DNA from: an uncultured Planctomycetota bacterium
GTDB lineage: Bacteria; Planctomycetota; Planctomycetia; Isosphaerales; Isosphaeraceae
Assembly (NCBI GenBank): GCA_963737655.1
Contig: CAVTTN010000002.1
Coordinates: forward strand, 2,528,001-2,592,000
Direction: 5' to 3'
Length of the DNA: 64,000 bases
In this document: positions 32,808 through 43,100 of the stretch, in pieces
Layout of the letters: every line of letters begins with the position of its first letter
How positions within the stretch are numbered: position 1 is the stretch's first letter
Position numbers and translations under genes: made by a program
Notes under the pieces: model-generated
Database searches by the model: none
Told to the model about the DNA's origin: nothing
What the model saw: the letters and a program-made list of their open reading frames with translations, nothing else

Positions 32808-33148
32808 CGCCGACTCCCCATCCCCCTCGCGAAGACGACCCGGTCCTCCGCAACGCCCGGCGGGAGGCGCTCTGGATCATCTCCGCGTGGGCGGCGGCCA
32901 CGGCGTATTGCTGCCTGTATTGTTATCGGTACGGCTACATCCGCGAGGGACGGCCCCTCGGCGTCGAGGACATCCAGCCGATCTGGGGCGTGCCGTCGTG
33001 GTTCTTCTGGGGAGTCCTGGCCCCGTGGCTGGCCTGCGGCCTGTTCACGGCGTGGTTCGTGGGGACGAAAATGGTGGAGGACGACCTCGGCGAGGACCAC
33101 GCCGGGGACCTGGAATCGGCCATCCGGGGCGGGGGCGACGATGAGTGA
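32804..33148 (+). CDS. YhdT/DUF997-family small membrane protein
   Basis: NARREALW..., WGVPSWFFW; overlaps both neighbours; sits upstream of a sodium:solute symporter. Confidence 0.8.
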   Translation: MTPTPHPPREDDPVLRNARREALWIISAWAAATAYCCLYCYRYGYIREGRPLGVEDIQPIWGVPSWFFWGVLAPWLACGLFTAWFVGTKMVEDDLGEDHAGDLESAIRGGGDDE

Positions 33149-34781
33149 CGACCCTCTGAAAGGCCACTGGGGGCCGTTCCTCGCGTTGCTCCTGTTCACC
33201 CTCGCCTCGCTCGGCCTGGGCGTCCTGGCCAACCGCGTGACCGCGAAAAAAGCCGGGTTCCTGGAGAAATACTTCCTCGGCAACCGCTCGATGGGCGCGA
33301 TCGCCGTGGCCCTGACCGCCGCCGTGATGAGCGGCGGGTCCTTCCTCGGTTTTCCGTCGCTGGTTTACTCGTTCGGATGGGTCGTCGGCCTCTGGATCTG
33401 CTCCTACATGATCGCGCCGATGACCATCCTCGGCATCCTCGGCAAGAGGATCGGCCAGGTCTCCAGGAAGACCGGCGCCATCACCCTGCCCGACCTGTTC
33501 CGCGAGCGGTTCGACAGCCCCGGGCTCGGGCTGCTGACGAGCCTCCTCGTGATGGTCTTCCTCACGGCATTTCTCGTGGCGCAGTTCAAGGGCGGCGCGG
33601 TGATCATGAAGATCGTCCTGCCGAGGCAGACGGTCGGCTGGTTCGCCGTCGATTCGGGCGGCGGAACCGGTGACACCGGCTATTACGTCGGCCTGGCGAT
33701 CTTCGCGACTACGGTGATCGCCTACACGGCCTACGGGGGGTTCCTCGCGGCGATCTGGACCGACGTGTTCCAGAGCCTCGTGATGGCCGCCGGGGTCCTG
33801 ATCCTCTTCCCCCTGGCGATGGCGAAATCCTGGGGGCTGAACGCCGGGACGATGAACGGGATGGCGCAGGCCGGCCCGGGGTTCGCCTTCGGGCCGGGCG
33901 CCAACCGGGATTTCCACCCGATCGGCCTGGCGTTCTCGTTCTTCGTGATGTGGGCGATCGTCGGGATGGGCCAGCCCTCGACGCTCGTCCGCCTGATGGC
34001 GTTCCGCGACTCCCGGACCCTCCGCTATTCGATCCTCTATCAGACGTTCTACAACGCCCTGATCTACGTCCCCCTGATCTTCATCTTCGTCGCCGCCCGG
34101 GGCCTGCTGCCGGGCCTGTCGGCGCCCGACGAGGTCATGCCGCGATTGGTCGTCCACCTGGCCAACCCGTTCGTCGCCGGGTTCATCCTGGCGGCGCCTT
34201 ATGGGGCCGTGATGAGCACCGTGAGCGGGTTCCTGCTCATCGTGTCGTCGGGGCTGGTCCGCGACCTCTACCAGCGGTTCGTCCGCCCCGGGGCCGGCGA
34301 GCGGGAGCTGATCTGGGCGAGCTACGGGGCCACGGTCCTCGTCGGCCTGGTCGTCACGGTCCTCTCGCTGAACCCGCCGAAGTTCCTTCAGTTGATCGTG
34401 GTGTTCGCCAGCGCGGGGACGGCCTCGGCGTTCCTGGCCCCGGCGGTCTTCACCGCGTTCTGGAGGAGGGCGACGGCCCCCGGCGCCATCGCGGCGATGC
34501 TCTGCGGGAGCGCCACGGTCGTCGGCCTGTATGTCCTCGGGTCGATCGGCCCGGAGCGGCTCGGCGTGGCCTGGCTGGTCGGGGAGAACCCGCCGATCGG
34601 CGTTCCGGCGTCGTTCCGGCCGTTCTATCTCGGCGGCCTCGACCCGTGCATCTGGGGCCTCCTCGCCTCGTTCTCCGCCGGGATCGCGGTGAGCCTCGTG
34701 ACTACGCCGCCCGACGCCCGCCGCGTCTCCCTCCTGTTCGACGCCCCGCCGTCGCCCGTGCCGATCCCCGATCATGCCTAG
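33141..34781 (+). CDS. Sodium:solute symporter, PanF-like
   Basis: YFLGNRSMG, SGGSFLGFP, TLPDLFRERF, YTAYGG..A.IWTD..Q, AVMSTVSG; many TM helices. Confidence 0.88.
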   Translation: MSDDPLKGHWGPFLALLLFTLASLGLGVLANRVTAKKAGFLEKYFLGNRSMGAIAVALTAAVMSGGSFLGFPSLVYSFGWVVGLWICSYMIAPMTILGILGKRIGQVSRKTGAITLPDLFRERFDSPGLGLLTSLLVMVFLTAFLVAQFKGGAVIMKIVLPRQTVGWFAVDSGGGTGDTGYYVGLAIFATTVIAYTAYGGFLAAIWTDVFQSLVMAAGVLILFPLAMAKSWGLNAGTMNGMAQAGPGFAFGPGANRDFHPIGLAFSFFVMWAIVGMGQPSTLVRLMAFRDSRTLRYSILYQTFYNALIYVPLIFIFVAARGLLPGLSAPDEVMPRLVVHLANPFVAGFILAAPYGAVMSTVSGFLLIVSSGLVRDLYQRFVRPGAGERELIWASYGATVLVGLVVTVLSLNPPKFLQLIVVFASAGTASAFLAPAVFTAFWRRATAPGAIAAMLCGSATVVGLYVLGSIGPERLGVAWLVGENPPIGVPASFRPFYLGGLDPCIWGLLASFSAGIAVSLVTTPPDARRVSLLFDAPPSPVPIPDHA

Positions 34782-35808
34782 GTTCCTGACGGCCCCGATC
34801 GACCGCGCCTCGGGCCTGGCCGCCCGGATCAACGAGGCGCTGGGCCGCAAGAGGGCCATGCTCGTGCCGTTGAGCTGGCTCTTGCTGGCGGTCCTCGGGA
34901 TCGTCTCGATCGTGTCGGTCGTCCTCGCGGGCGACTCCTGGAGGAATCGGGGCGGCCCTCGCGCATTGACGCTGGATCAGGTCTTCGTCGCGGGCGATTC
35001 GCTGATCGATCGCCTCGTGACGGTCCGCGGCGAGGTCCAGCCGCGACTGGCGATCGTCTCCTCGGAAGAAGCAGGGCCGGCGTTCGCGGTGATGACCGCC
35101 GACGAGCGGCGATTCTTGCTCGTGAAGGTCGATCGCAAGACCGACGACGCATTCACCGCGACCCTGACCGGGATGCTCCGGGCCCCGTCGCGTCGCCTGG
35201 CCGCCAAGCTCGACGAGATGGGCGGGCAGATCCTCGGAGTCCCCGTCGAATCCCGCTTCGTGCTCCTGCCCGGCGATCGGCCGTGGTCGGTGGGTTCGGC
35301 GGTCGCGCTCTCGATCGTCACGATCGGCCTGTTAAGCCTGTTCCTGGCCTCGAACCTCCGCCGAAACACGGTGTTCCGGGCCGATCCGGTCGCGATCGAG
35401 CCGATGGAAGGGGACGCCGGCGACCCGGAGGCGCGATTCTCGGGCGTCCTGGGCCGATCCGACGGCCGGGCCCGGCATTTCGTCGAGCTCCCGGCCAGGC
35501 TGGCGGTTCGCGACGGCCAGCTCGTGATCGAGGCGAGCGCCCGGGCGGCGTCGAGGGCGACGGGGGAGCGGCCCCGAGGCCCGAGGGAGGAGTGGTCGCT
35601 GGCCATCGCCGCCCCGGGCGCCCAGAATGTCGAGGCGGGCCGGATCTACTTCGGGACCGCGAGCCGCCCGGCCCTCCGAATCCGGACCGACGGGCCGAAG
35701 GGCCGATCCCTGGTCGTTTCGTTCCCCGACGAAACCCGGAGGGCCGTGGCCCTGGGGCGGTGGCTCGGGGACTCGGGGCCCGATCCGTCGAGGAGCGATG
35801 CGTCATGA
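34774..35808 (+). CDS. Hypothetical membrane protein
   Basis: Two TM segments; overlaps both neighbours in the operon. Confidence 0.65.
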   Translation: MPRFLTAPIDRASGLAARINEALGRKRAMLVPLSWLLLAVLGIVSIVSVVLAGDSWRNRGGPRALTLDQVFVAGDSLIDRLVTVRGEVQPRLAIVSSEEAGPAFAVMTADERRFLLVKVDRKTDDAFTATLTGMLRAPSRRLAAKLDEMGGQILGVPVESRFVLLPGDRPWSVGSAVALSIVTIGLLSLFLASNLRRNTVFRADPVAIEPMEGDAGDPEARFSGVLGRSDGRARHFVELPARLAVRDGQLVIEASARAASRATGERPRGPREEWSLAIAAPGAQNVEAGRIYFGTASRPALRIRTDGPKGRSLVVSFPDETRRAVALGRWLGDSGPDPSRSDAS

Positions 35809-36653
35809 GCAGCGAATTCGTCCGGGTGGCGGGCGTGCAGATGGAGCCGGCGTTCGGCCGGGTCGAGGCGAACCTCGCCGCCATCGGCGACCGGCTCCGG
35901 GAGGCCGCCGCCGAGGGGGCGAGGCTCGTCGTCTTCCCCGAATGCGCCCTGACGGGCTACGGCTTCGCCTCCCGGGAGGAAGCGATGGGGTTCGCCGAGC
36001 CGATCGACGGCCCGAGCGTCCTCCAGGTCGCCTCGACCTGCCGGGAACTCGGCGTGTGGTGCGCCTTCGGCCTCCTGGAGCGCGACGGCGACCGCCTGTT
36101 CAACGCCTGCGCCCTGGTCGGCCCCGAGGGCCTGGTCGGCTCCTACCGCAAGGTTCACCTGCCGTTCCTCGGCGTCGATCGGTTCGCCGACCCGGGCGAC
36201 CGGCCCTTCGCCGTCCTGGACGCCGCCGGCCTGCGAGTCGGCCTGCACATCTGCTACGACGGCGCGTTCCCCGAGGTCGGCCGGGCGCTGGCCCTCCTCG
36301 GCGCCGACCTCCTGATCTTGCCCACCAACTGGCCCACGCACTCCGAATCGGCGGCCGAGCACATGATGCCGTGCCGGGCGATGGAGAACGTCGTCTACGC
36401 GATGGCCGTGAACCGGGTGGGCGAGGAGCGAGGCTTCCGGTTCATCGGCCGGAGCTCGATCGTCGATACCTCGGGGACCCGGCTGGCGATGGCCTCGGCC
36501 GACCGCGAGGAGATCCTCTTCGCCGAGCTCGACCCGAAGCGCGCCCGCCAGAAGAAGCTGATCCGGAGGCCCGGCCTCCACGAGATCGACCGCATCGCCG
36601 ACCGCCGACCGGCGTTCTACGGGAAGCTGGTCGAGCCGAACGGGCGGGAGTGA
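35805..36653 (+). CDS. Carbon-nitrogen hydrolase (nitrilase superfamily)
   Basis: E-K-C triad: VFPEC, YRKVHL, ICYD; ATGA overlap with the upstream gene. Confidence 0.92.
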   Translation: MSSEFVRVAGVQMEPAFGRVEANLAAIGDRLREAAAEGARLVVFPECALTGYGFASREEAMGFAEPIDGPSVLQVASTCRELGVWCAFGLLERDGDRLFNACALVGPEGLVGSYRKVHLPFLGVDRFADPGDRPFAVLDAAGLRVGLHICYDGAFPEVGRALALLGADLLILPTNWPTHSESAAEHMMPCRAMENVVYAMAVNRVGEERGFRFIGRSSIVDTSGTRLAMASADREEILFAELDPKRARQKKLIRRPGLHEIDRIADRRPAFYGKLVEPNGRE

Positions 36654-36764
36654 GGGAGGCCGCCAGGTCGGGTTGCATCACGGGCCGTCGATCGCTATCC
36701 TGCCGCCGTCGGCCTGAGCAGGCATTCAGGTTGAGACGACCCCGTTCCCGGGCAGGAGGCCCCC

Positions 36765-37241
36765 ATGCTCGCCCCCCCTCAGATCGTGACGAGTCCGGCC
36801 AGGTCGGCCGCGGTGATCCGCCTGTGCATCCCGAGGTCCGAGATCCGGACGGTGATGGGACCGGGCCTCCAAGAGATCCGGGCGGCCCTGGCCTCTCAGG
36901 GCATCGAAGCCGCCGGGCCCTGGTTCACCCGTCATCACCGGATGGACCCGGAGGTCTTCGATTTCGAGATCGGCGTGCCGGTCGAGTCGGCGGTGAAGCC
37001 CTCGGGCCGAGTCGAGCCCGGCGGATGGCCGGCGGCGACGGTCGCCCGGACGATCTACCAGGGTCCATACGAGGGCCTCGGGCCCGCCTGGGGCGAGTTC
37101 ATGGCCTGGATCGCCGCCCAGGGGCATTTGCCCGGCCCGGACCTCTGGGAAGTCTACTTCGAGGGGCCGGAGTCGGGGCCCGACCCCTCGGGATGGCGGA
37201 CCGAGCTGAACCGACCGTTGATTCTCGCCGACGAGCGGTGA
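36765..37241 (+). CDS. GyrI-like small-molecule-binding protein
   Basis: VARTIYQGPYEGLGPAW..F.AWI, WEVY...WRTEL. Confidence 0.82.
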   Translation: MLAPPQIVTSPARSAAVIRLCIPRSEIRTVMGPGLQEIRAALASQGIEAAGPWFTRHHRMDPEVFDFEIGVPVESAVKPSGRVEPGGWPAATVARTIYQGPYEGLGPAWGEFMAWIAAQGHLPGPDLWEVYFEGPESGPDPSGWRTELNRPLILADER

Positions 37242-37243
37242 CC

Positions 37244-37855
37244 TCAGCGTCTTCGCTTGGGCTTCGTCCCGCCGTCGTCCACGTCCCCCTTGATCAGGTC
37301 GAAGAAGTCATCGTCGGTCGCGGCGATGGGCTTGGGCGCGACGACGTGGTCGGGGATCTCGTCCTGGAGGACCTCCTCGTCGGCCTTGGGGCGGGCCATC
37401 GTCTCGGGAGGCCGCTGAGGCCGGGGGTTGCGACGGGTCGGCGCGTCGGGGTTCTCCAGCCCGGCGAGCTCCAGGAGGGATCGATTTCTCGGCGACTCCG
37501 CCATCTCTTCTTCGAGAATCTGGTTGGCGTCGAGCAGCGACGTCGGCGCCTCGGGGCTGTAATCGAGCATGTAGAAATGCCCGGCGATGCCTAGTTCGTC
37601 GTCGGGCATCAGGCCGTGCTCGCTGGAGATCCTCTGGCCGTTGACGGTCGTCCCGTTGGTGCTGCCCAGGTCGCGGACGTGCCACGTCCCCCGGATATAT
37701 TTCAGGGTGCAGTGCTTGCCCGAGATATTATCGAAATCCAGGCGGATATCGCAGGTCGGCCGTCGTCCGAGGATCAACTCGTCCTTCTTCAGAGGGATGG
37801 GGTCGCCGCCTCCCAGGGGGCGCATCACGCCCAGGCTCCTCCGCGGACTCATCAT
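37244..37855 (-). CDS. FHA-domain protein
   Basis: LGRR..CDI...ISGKHC...DLGSTNGT.VNG. Confidence 0.9.
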   Translation of the reverse strand: MMSPRRSLGVMRPLGGGDPIPLKKDELILGRRPTCDIRLDFDNISGKHCTLKYIRGTWHVRDLGSTNGTTVNGQRISSEHGLMPDDELGIAGHFYMLDYSPEAPTSLLDANQILEEEMAESPRNRSLLELAGLENPDAPTRRNPRPQRPPETMARPKADEEVLQDEIPDHVVAPKPIAATDDDFFDLIKGDVDDGGTKPKRRR

Positions 37856-38254
37856 GGTCAGGCCCTCGCGACGGGACCGAGACGTCAGGGGGAATTCGCC
37901 CGATCAAGGATGCATTTTAACGGTCCTGTGAAGGTCGATCAAGCGGCCCGGCCACCCGTTCCGGGTCGAACGGTAGTTCAAGTGGGGGATCGGACGCCCG
38001 CGTCCCCCGCCGCGGGGACAGGGTTGGGGCGAGCGGGCCGTATGGCCGGAAGTCCAGGCCGCACATGGGCTTCGACCTGGCCGGACCTCCCTCCCTGCCC
38101 TTATTCCCGACGCGGGCGACGAGGGTTGGCTCCGCTCCCAGGGGAAGAACGGATCGACCCTGGCGGACGGGGCCATCCCCTGGCAAGCGCCCGACGGTTC
38201 GGATAGCCTCGGCGTTCCCTTCCCCGACCGATCCCGAGGAGCCGGAGACCGACG

Positions 38255-39094
38255 ATGGACGCGCGCACCCCCGACCGACCGTCTCGCCGAGAGGCCCTGA
38301 CCGCCGGGCTGGCCCTCGCCGGCTCGCTGAGCCTGGGCCGGGCCCTCCTCGCCGCCGACACGCCCGATGCCTCCCCGTTCGGCCCGTTCCGGATGGGCCT
38401 CCAGAGCTACTCGCTCCGCCACTTCAAGGTCGAGGAGGCCCTGGAGAAGACCAAGGAGCTGGGCCTCCACCACTGGGAATCCTACCCCGCCCACGTCCCC
38501 ACCGACCCGGCCCGCGCCAGGGAGTTCGCCGCCCTGGCCGAGAAGTACGGCGTGAAGATCAACGGCTACGGCGTCGTCGGACTGGGCAAGGACGCGGACG
38601 CCAACCGCAAGTTCTTCGAGTTCGGCAAGGCGATCGGCCTCTCGTACATGTCGTGCGACCCGACGCCCGACGCCTTCGACAACCTCGACAAGCTCACGGA
38701 GGAATACGGCATCCCCGTGGGCATCCACAACCACGGCCCCGGCCATCGCTGGGCGAAGATCGACGACATCATGGCCGCGATCAAGGACCACAGCCCGAAG
38801 ATCGGCTGCTGCGTCGACACCGGCCACTTCCTCCGCTCCAAGGAAGACCCCGTGAGGGCCGTCGAGGTCTTCGACCGCCGGGTCTACGGCGTCCACCTCA
38901 AGGACGTGAAGGACGCGACGACCTTCACCATCCTCGGCCAGGGCGACCTCCGCCTGTCCGACCTCCTCAAGGCCCTCGCCAAGAGGAAGTATTCCTACAC
39001 CCTGGCGCTCGAATACGAGGAGAGCGAGGCGATGCCGATGGACGACATCCGCGCGTGCCTGGCCGCCGAGAAGAAGGCGGCGGCGTCGCTCTGA
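38255..39094 (+). CDS. Sugar phosphate isomerase/epimerase (xylose isomerase-like TIM barrel), Tat signal
   Basis: SRREAL Tat motif, QSYSLR, IHNH, DTGH, HLKD, LEYE. Confidence 0.88.
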   Translation: MDARTPDRPSRREALTAGLALAGSLSLGRALLAADTPDASPFGPFRMGLQSYSLRHFKVEEALEKTKELGLHHWESYPAHVPTDPARAREFAALAEKYGVKINGYGVVGLGKDADANRKFFEFGKAIGLSYMSCDPTPDAFDNLDKLTEEYGIPVGIHNHGPGHRWAKIDDIMAAIKDHSPKIGCCVDTGHFLRSKEDPVRAVEVFDRRVYGVHLKDVKDATTFTILGQGDLRLSDLLKALAKRKYSYTLALEYEESEAMPMDDIRACLAAEKKAAASL

Positions 39095-39288
39095 CGGGCC
39101 GGCCCGTCGCCCGGGATGGCCGAGGGAGATCCCCCGGAGGGTGGGCGAGGCCGCCCTCCGGGGCCTCTCCTCCGGATTCGGGCAAATCGCCGGGAGGATT
39201 CGCCGAGTCGGCCGAGATCGCCGTATTCAGGGAAGAGGCTTCGGACGCGGGCCGTTCCGCCGGCCTTCACGATCGAGAGGGGCCTTCC

Positions 39289-40218
39289 ATGACGATGACC
39301 GGGCGATGGGCGTGGGCGGTCCTCCTGCTCCCCCTGGCCGCCGGATGCTCCGAGGAGGCGAGTACGAGCGTCAAGTCGACGATGTCGTCCCCGACGGGTG
39401 CGAAGTCGACCCTGTATGAGACGAAGTCGGCAGACCCCGCCGGCGGAGATGCGGCAAGGGTCGCCGGCCCGGCCCCCGCCGTCCCCCGGAAGATCGTCTA
39501 TACGTGCGACATCTCCCTGACCGTCGGCGATTTCGCGAAGGCCGAGGCGGAGGTCGAGCGGCTGGTCCGCCAGTTCGGCGGGTATCTCTCCGGCTCCTAT
39601 GTCTCCGGCACCCCCGGGCTGGACCGCTCCGGCCGCTGGACGGCCCGCGTCCCGGTCGAGCGGTACGAGGCGTTCCTCGAAGCCGTCGCCCGCCTCGGCG
39701 AGCTCCAGCACCGCTCCACGAATTCCCGGGACGTGACCGATGAGTTCTACGACCTCGAAGCCCGCCTGAAGAACAAGAAGGTCGAGGAGACGAGGCTCCT
39801 GAAGCACCTCCAGGACTCGACCGGCAAGCTCTCCGAGATCCTCGAAGTCGAGAAGGAGCTGTCCCGGGTCCGCGAGGAGATCGAGAGGCAGCAGGGGAGG
39901 CTCCAGCTCCTCGGGAACCTCTCGGAGATGACCACGGTGACGGTCGCCCTGACCGAGCGCGGGCCGTACCAGCCGGCGACGGCCCCCGGGTTCGGCGCGA
40001 AGGTCTCGCGGCGGTTCTCGGCTTCGGTCCGGGCGTTGCGGTCCTTCGGCGAAGGGCTGGCGATCGAGGCGATTTCGGTGATCCCCTGGCTGCCGGTCTG
40101 GGCGGTCGTCCTGGGGGTCGCGTGGCTGTTCTGGAAGAAGACGCGGGCCCGCCGGGCGGGTCGGCCGGCCCCGTCGCCGAGGGCGGCCGGGGTCGAGACG
40201 ACGGGAGGGGCGGCATGA
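39289..40218 (+). CDS. DUF4349 lipoprotein
   Basis: LAAGC lipobox, RKIV, RVP, DVTDEFYDLEARL coiled coil, C-terminal TM. Confidence 0.85.
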   Translation: MTMTGRWAWAVLLLPLAAGCSEEASTSVKSTMSSPTGAKSTLYETKSADPAGGDAARVAGPAPAVPRKIVYTCDISLTVGDFAKAEAEVERLVRQFGGYLSGSYVSGTPGLDRSGRWTARVPVERYEAFLEAVARLGELQHRSTNSRDVTDEFYDLEARLKNKKVEETRLLKHLQDSTGKLSEILEVEKELSRVREEIERQQGRLQLLGNLSEMTTVTVALTERGPYQPATAPGFGAKVSRRFSASVRALRSFGEGLAIEAISVIPWLPVWAVVLGVAWLFWKKTRARRAGRPAPSPRAAGVETTGGAA

Positions 40219-40889
40219 TCGCGAGAGTCCTGGAACCCGAGGCGATGGACACCGCCGAGGAAGCCCGCGACTACGACGCGATGGACCACTCGGCCGTGAA
40301 CCTCCGGTTCGTGGCCGACTTCCTCCTGGCCCACGGCCCGTGCCGGGGGGGGACGATCCTCGACATCGGCACCGGGACGGCCCTGATCCCGATCGAGCTG
40401 GCCCGGACCGACCCGAACGCCGTGATCCTGGCCATCGACCTGGCCGACTCGATGCTCGAGCTCGCCCGGGAGAACATCGCGAGGGCGGGCCTGGGCGATC
40501 GCGTCGTGGCCGAGAAGGTGGATGCGAAGGGCCTGCCGTTCCCCGACGGCGAATTCGAGGCGGTGATCTCCAACTCGATCGTCCACCACATCCCCGAGCC
40601 GGCCGAAGCCCTGGCGGAGATGGTCCGCCTGCTCGCCCCGGGCGGGACGCTGTTCGTTCGCGACCTGTCCCGGCCCGAGACCGAGGCCGAGCTGGCCTTC
40701 CTGGTCGAGACTTATGCCTCGGACGAGGCCGACCGGGCCCGCGCCCTGTTCGCCGACTCGCTCCGCGCGGCCTTGACGGTCGCCGAGGTCTCTGGGATCG
40801 TCGAAGGGCTGGGCCTGCCGGGCGAGGGGGTCGTGATGACGTCCGATCGCCACTGGACCTGGGCCTGGACGCGACCGGCCGCGGGCTGA
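40215..40889 (+). CDS. Class I SAM-dependent methyltransferase
   Basis: RVLEPEAMD..YDAMDH, ILDIGTGTA, SNSIVHH, PGG. Confidence 0.88.
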   Translation: MIARVLEPEAMDTAEEARDYDAMDHSAVNLRFVADFLLAHGPCRGGTILDIGTGTALIPIELARTDPNAVILAIDLADSMLELARENIARAGLGDRVVAEKVDAKGLPFPDGEFEAVISNSIVHHIPEPAEALAEMVRLLAPGGTLFVRDLSRPETEAELAFLVETYASDEADRARALFADSLRAALTVAEVSGIVEGLGLPGEGVVMTSDRHWTWAWTRPAAG

Positions 40890-40903
40890 GGAGAACTCGA
40901 CGG

Positions 40904-41769
40904 ATGGCCGAGACGCTCACGATCCGATCCGGGGACGGGACCGAGCTCCGAGGCGCCTTCCACCCCGGCCGCGACCCCCGCGGCGTCCTGATCGTCTCCC
41001 ACGGCCTGGGCGAATATGGAGGGGCTTACGCCCCCCTGGCCGAGCGGCTGTCGAGCCTCCTGGGACTGGTGGACGTCCTCACCTTCGACTACCGGGGCCA
41101 CGGCCTGAGCCCGGGCTCCGGGGCTTCATCGACCGCTACCTCGACCTGGTCAACGACCTCCGGGCCGCCCTGGACTGGGTCGAGGAGGCTCGACCGGGCC
41201 AGCCGCGATACGTCCTGGGGCACTCCAATGGCGGCCAGGTCGCCCTCCACGCGGCCCTCCGCTGGCCGGCGGACCTCGCCGGGCTGATCCTGTCCAACCC
41301 CTCGTTGAAGGTCTCGGCCCCGGTCCCCCTCCACAAGTACCTCGCCGGCCTGTTCCTCCGCCGGTTCGCCCCCAAGGTCACCCTGGCATCGACCCTGATC
41401 GACGAGTACCTGACCCGCGACCCCGAGATGCTCGCCCTCCGCAAGGCCGACCCGCTCCACCATTCCCGGATCGGCGCCGAGCTGTTCTTCGGGATGGTCG
41501 AAGGGGGCCGGAAGCTCCTGGCCGAAGCCGAGAAGATCACCATCCCGACCCTCCTGATCCTCGGCGGGGCCGATCCCGTGGTCGAACCGGCCGTGACCCG
41601 CGGCTTCTTCGACCGGATGGGCAGCACCGACAAGACGCTCCGCCTCTACCCCGACATGGTCCACGAGCCGCTCAACGACCTCGGCCGCGAGGCGGTCGTC
41701 GAGGAGATCACCGCCTGGCTGGCCCACCACCTGGACCCGGCGACGGAGCGGGTGACGAACCTCTCGTAG
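40904..41769 (+). CDS. Alpha/beta hydrolase (lysophospholipase-like); frameshift near 41118
   Basis: HGLGE, DYRGHGLS, then GHSNGG, GGAD, HE in the second frame. Confidence 0.85.
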
Positions 41770-41983
41770 GGTGCATGAAATGCACCATCTTCGATTTGTG
41801 CTTCGATTTGTGGACCGAAAGGTTCGGGATCGAAGATGGTGCATTTCATGCACCCTACAACCGGCGACGGAGCGGGTGACGAACCTCTCGTAGGGTGCAT
41901 GAAATGCACCATCTTCGATTTGTGCTTCGATTTGTGGACCGAAAGGTTCGGGATCGAAGATGGTGCATTTCATGCACCCTACA
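41737..41983. repeat. 124-bp tandem duplication containing two GTAG REPINs
   Basis: 41737-41859 repeats at 41861-41983; each copy has gtagggtgcatgaaatgcacc ... ggtgcatttcatgcaccctac. Confidence 0.92.
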
Positions 41984-43100
41984 GGCGGACGAACTGGTTG
42001 CCGGGGACCCGGCGGATCAATCGGCGCATCTCCAGGACGCTCAGCGTCGCCATCACTTGCGAGGCGGTCAAGCCGGTCCGGGAGATGACCTCGTCGGCGG
42101 CCCGAGGGAGGTCGTCGAGCAGGCCGAGGAGGTTGCGTTCGAGGTCCGAGAGGACGAGCTCGGCCGGGTGGCGGACCGGAGGCGCCCCGTCGGTCGGCTT
42201 GACCTCGCGGACGAGCGGGCCGAGCTCTTCGAGGATGTCGTCCACCGATTCGACCAGGCGGGCCCCGTCGCGGATCAGCGCGTGGCAGCCGCGGCTCGCC
42301 AGGCTGTCGATCGGCCCCGGGACGGCGAAGACCTCGCGATTCTGCTCGGTCGCGTGCCGGGCCGTGACCAGGGACCCGCTCTTGGGGCTGGCCTCGACGA
42401 TCACCACGCCGAGGCACAATCCGCTGATGATCCGGTTGCGGCGGGGGAAGAGCTCGGCCAGGGGCCCCTGGCGCATCGGCATCTCCGAGACCACGGCGCC
42501 GGCCGCGGCGATCTCCTCGGCCAGCCCTTCGTGCTCGGGCGGGTAGATCTCCGAGAGGCCGCCGGCCGTGACGGCGATGGTCCGGCCCCCGGCCTTCAGG
42601 GCGCCTCGGTGGGCCGCCGCGTCGATCCCCCGGGCCAGCCCGGAGACGACCGTCAGGCCCACCCTCGCCAGCGATCCGGCGAGCCTCTCGGCCACGCGAA
42701 CGCCATACGGAGTCGATTTCCTCGAGCCCACCAGCGCCACGGCCAGGCCGTCCTCCGGCCGGATCTCCCCCTTCACGTAGAGGAGCATCGGCGGGTCGGG
42801 GATGTCCAGGAGCCGGGGAGGGAACTCGGGATGGTCGCAGGGAATGGGGCGGACGCCATGCTGGCGGCACTCGGCGATCTCGGAGGCGGGGTTGAAGTCC
42901 TTCCGGGCCGTCGCGATCTTCCCGGCGAGCTTCGGGCCGACCCCGGAGACCTCTCGCAACGCCGCGATCGACGCGCCGAACACCCGGCCCGGCGAGCCGA
43001 AATGGGCGATCAACGACCGGGCCGTGATCGGGCCGACGCCCGGGACCATCGTCAGGAGGATCAGGTCGTGGAGGTCCTCCGAATCCAGGTCATCCATCAC
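41979..43100 (-). CDS. dprA: DNA processing protein DprA
   Basis: VALVGSR..TPYG, VVSGLARGIDAAAH, FPRRNRIISG, SGSLVTA, REVFAVPG. Confidence 0.95.
   Translation of the reverse strand: MMDDLDSEDLHDLILLTMVPGVGPITARSLIAHFGSPGRVFGASIAALREVSGVGPKLAGKIATARKDFNPASEIAECRQHGVRPIPCDHPEFPPRLLDIPDPPMLLYVKGEIRPEDGLAVALVGSRKSTPYGVRVAERLAGSLARVGLTVVSGLARGIDAAAHRGALKAGGRTIAVTAGGLSEIYPPEHEGLAEEIAAAGAVVSEMPMRQGPLAELFPRRNRIISGLCLGVVIVEASPKSGSLVTARHATEQNREVFAVPGPIDSLASRGCHALIRDGARLVESVDDILEELGPLVREVKPTDGAPPVRHPAELVLSDLERNLLGLLDDLPRAADEVISRTGLTASQVMATLSVLEMRRLIRRVPGNQFVRL

Noticed and set aside
41737..41983. Possible CRISPR array
   Set aside because: Only two identical 124-bp units, no variable spacers and no cas genes; it is a REPIN duplication.
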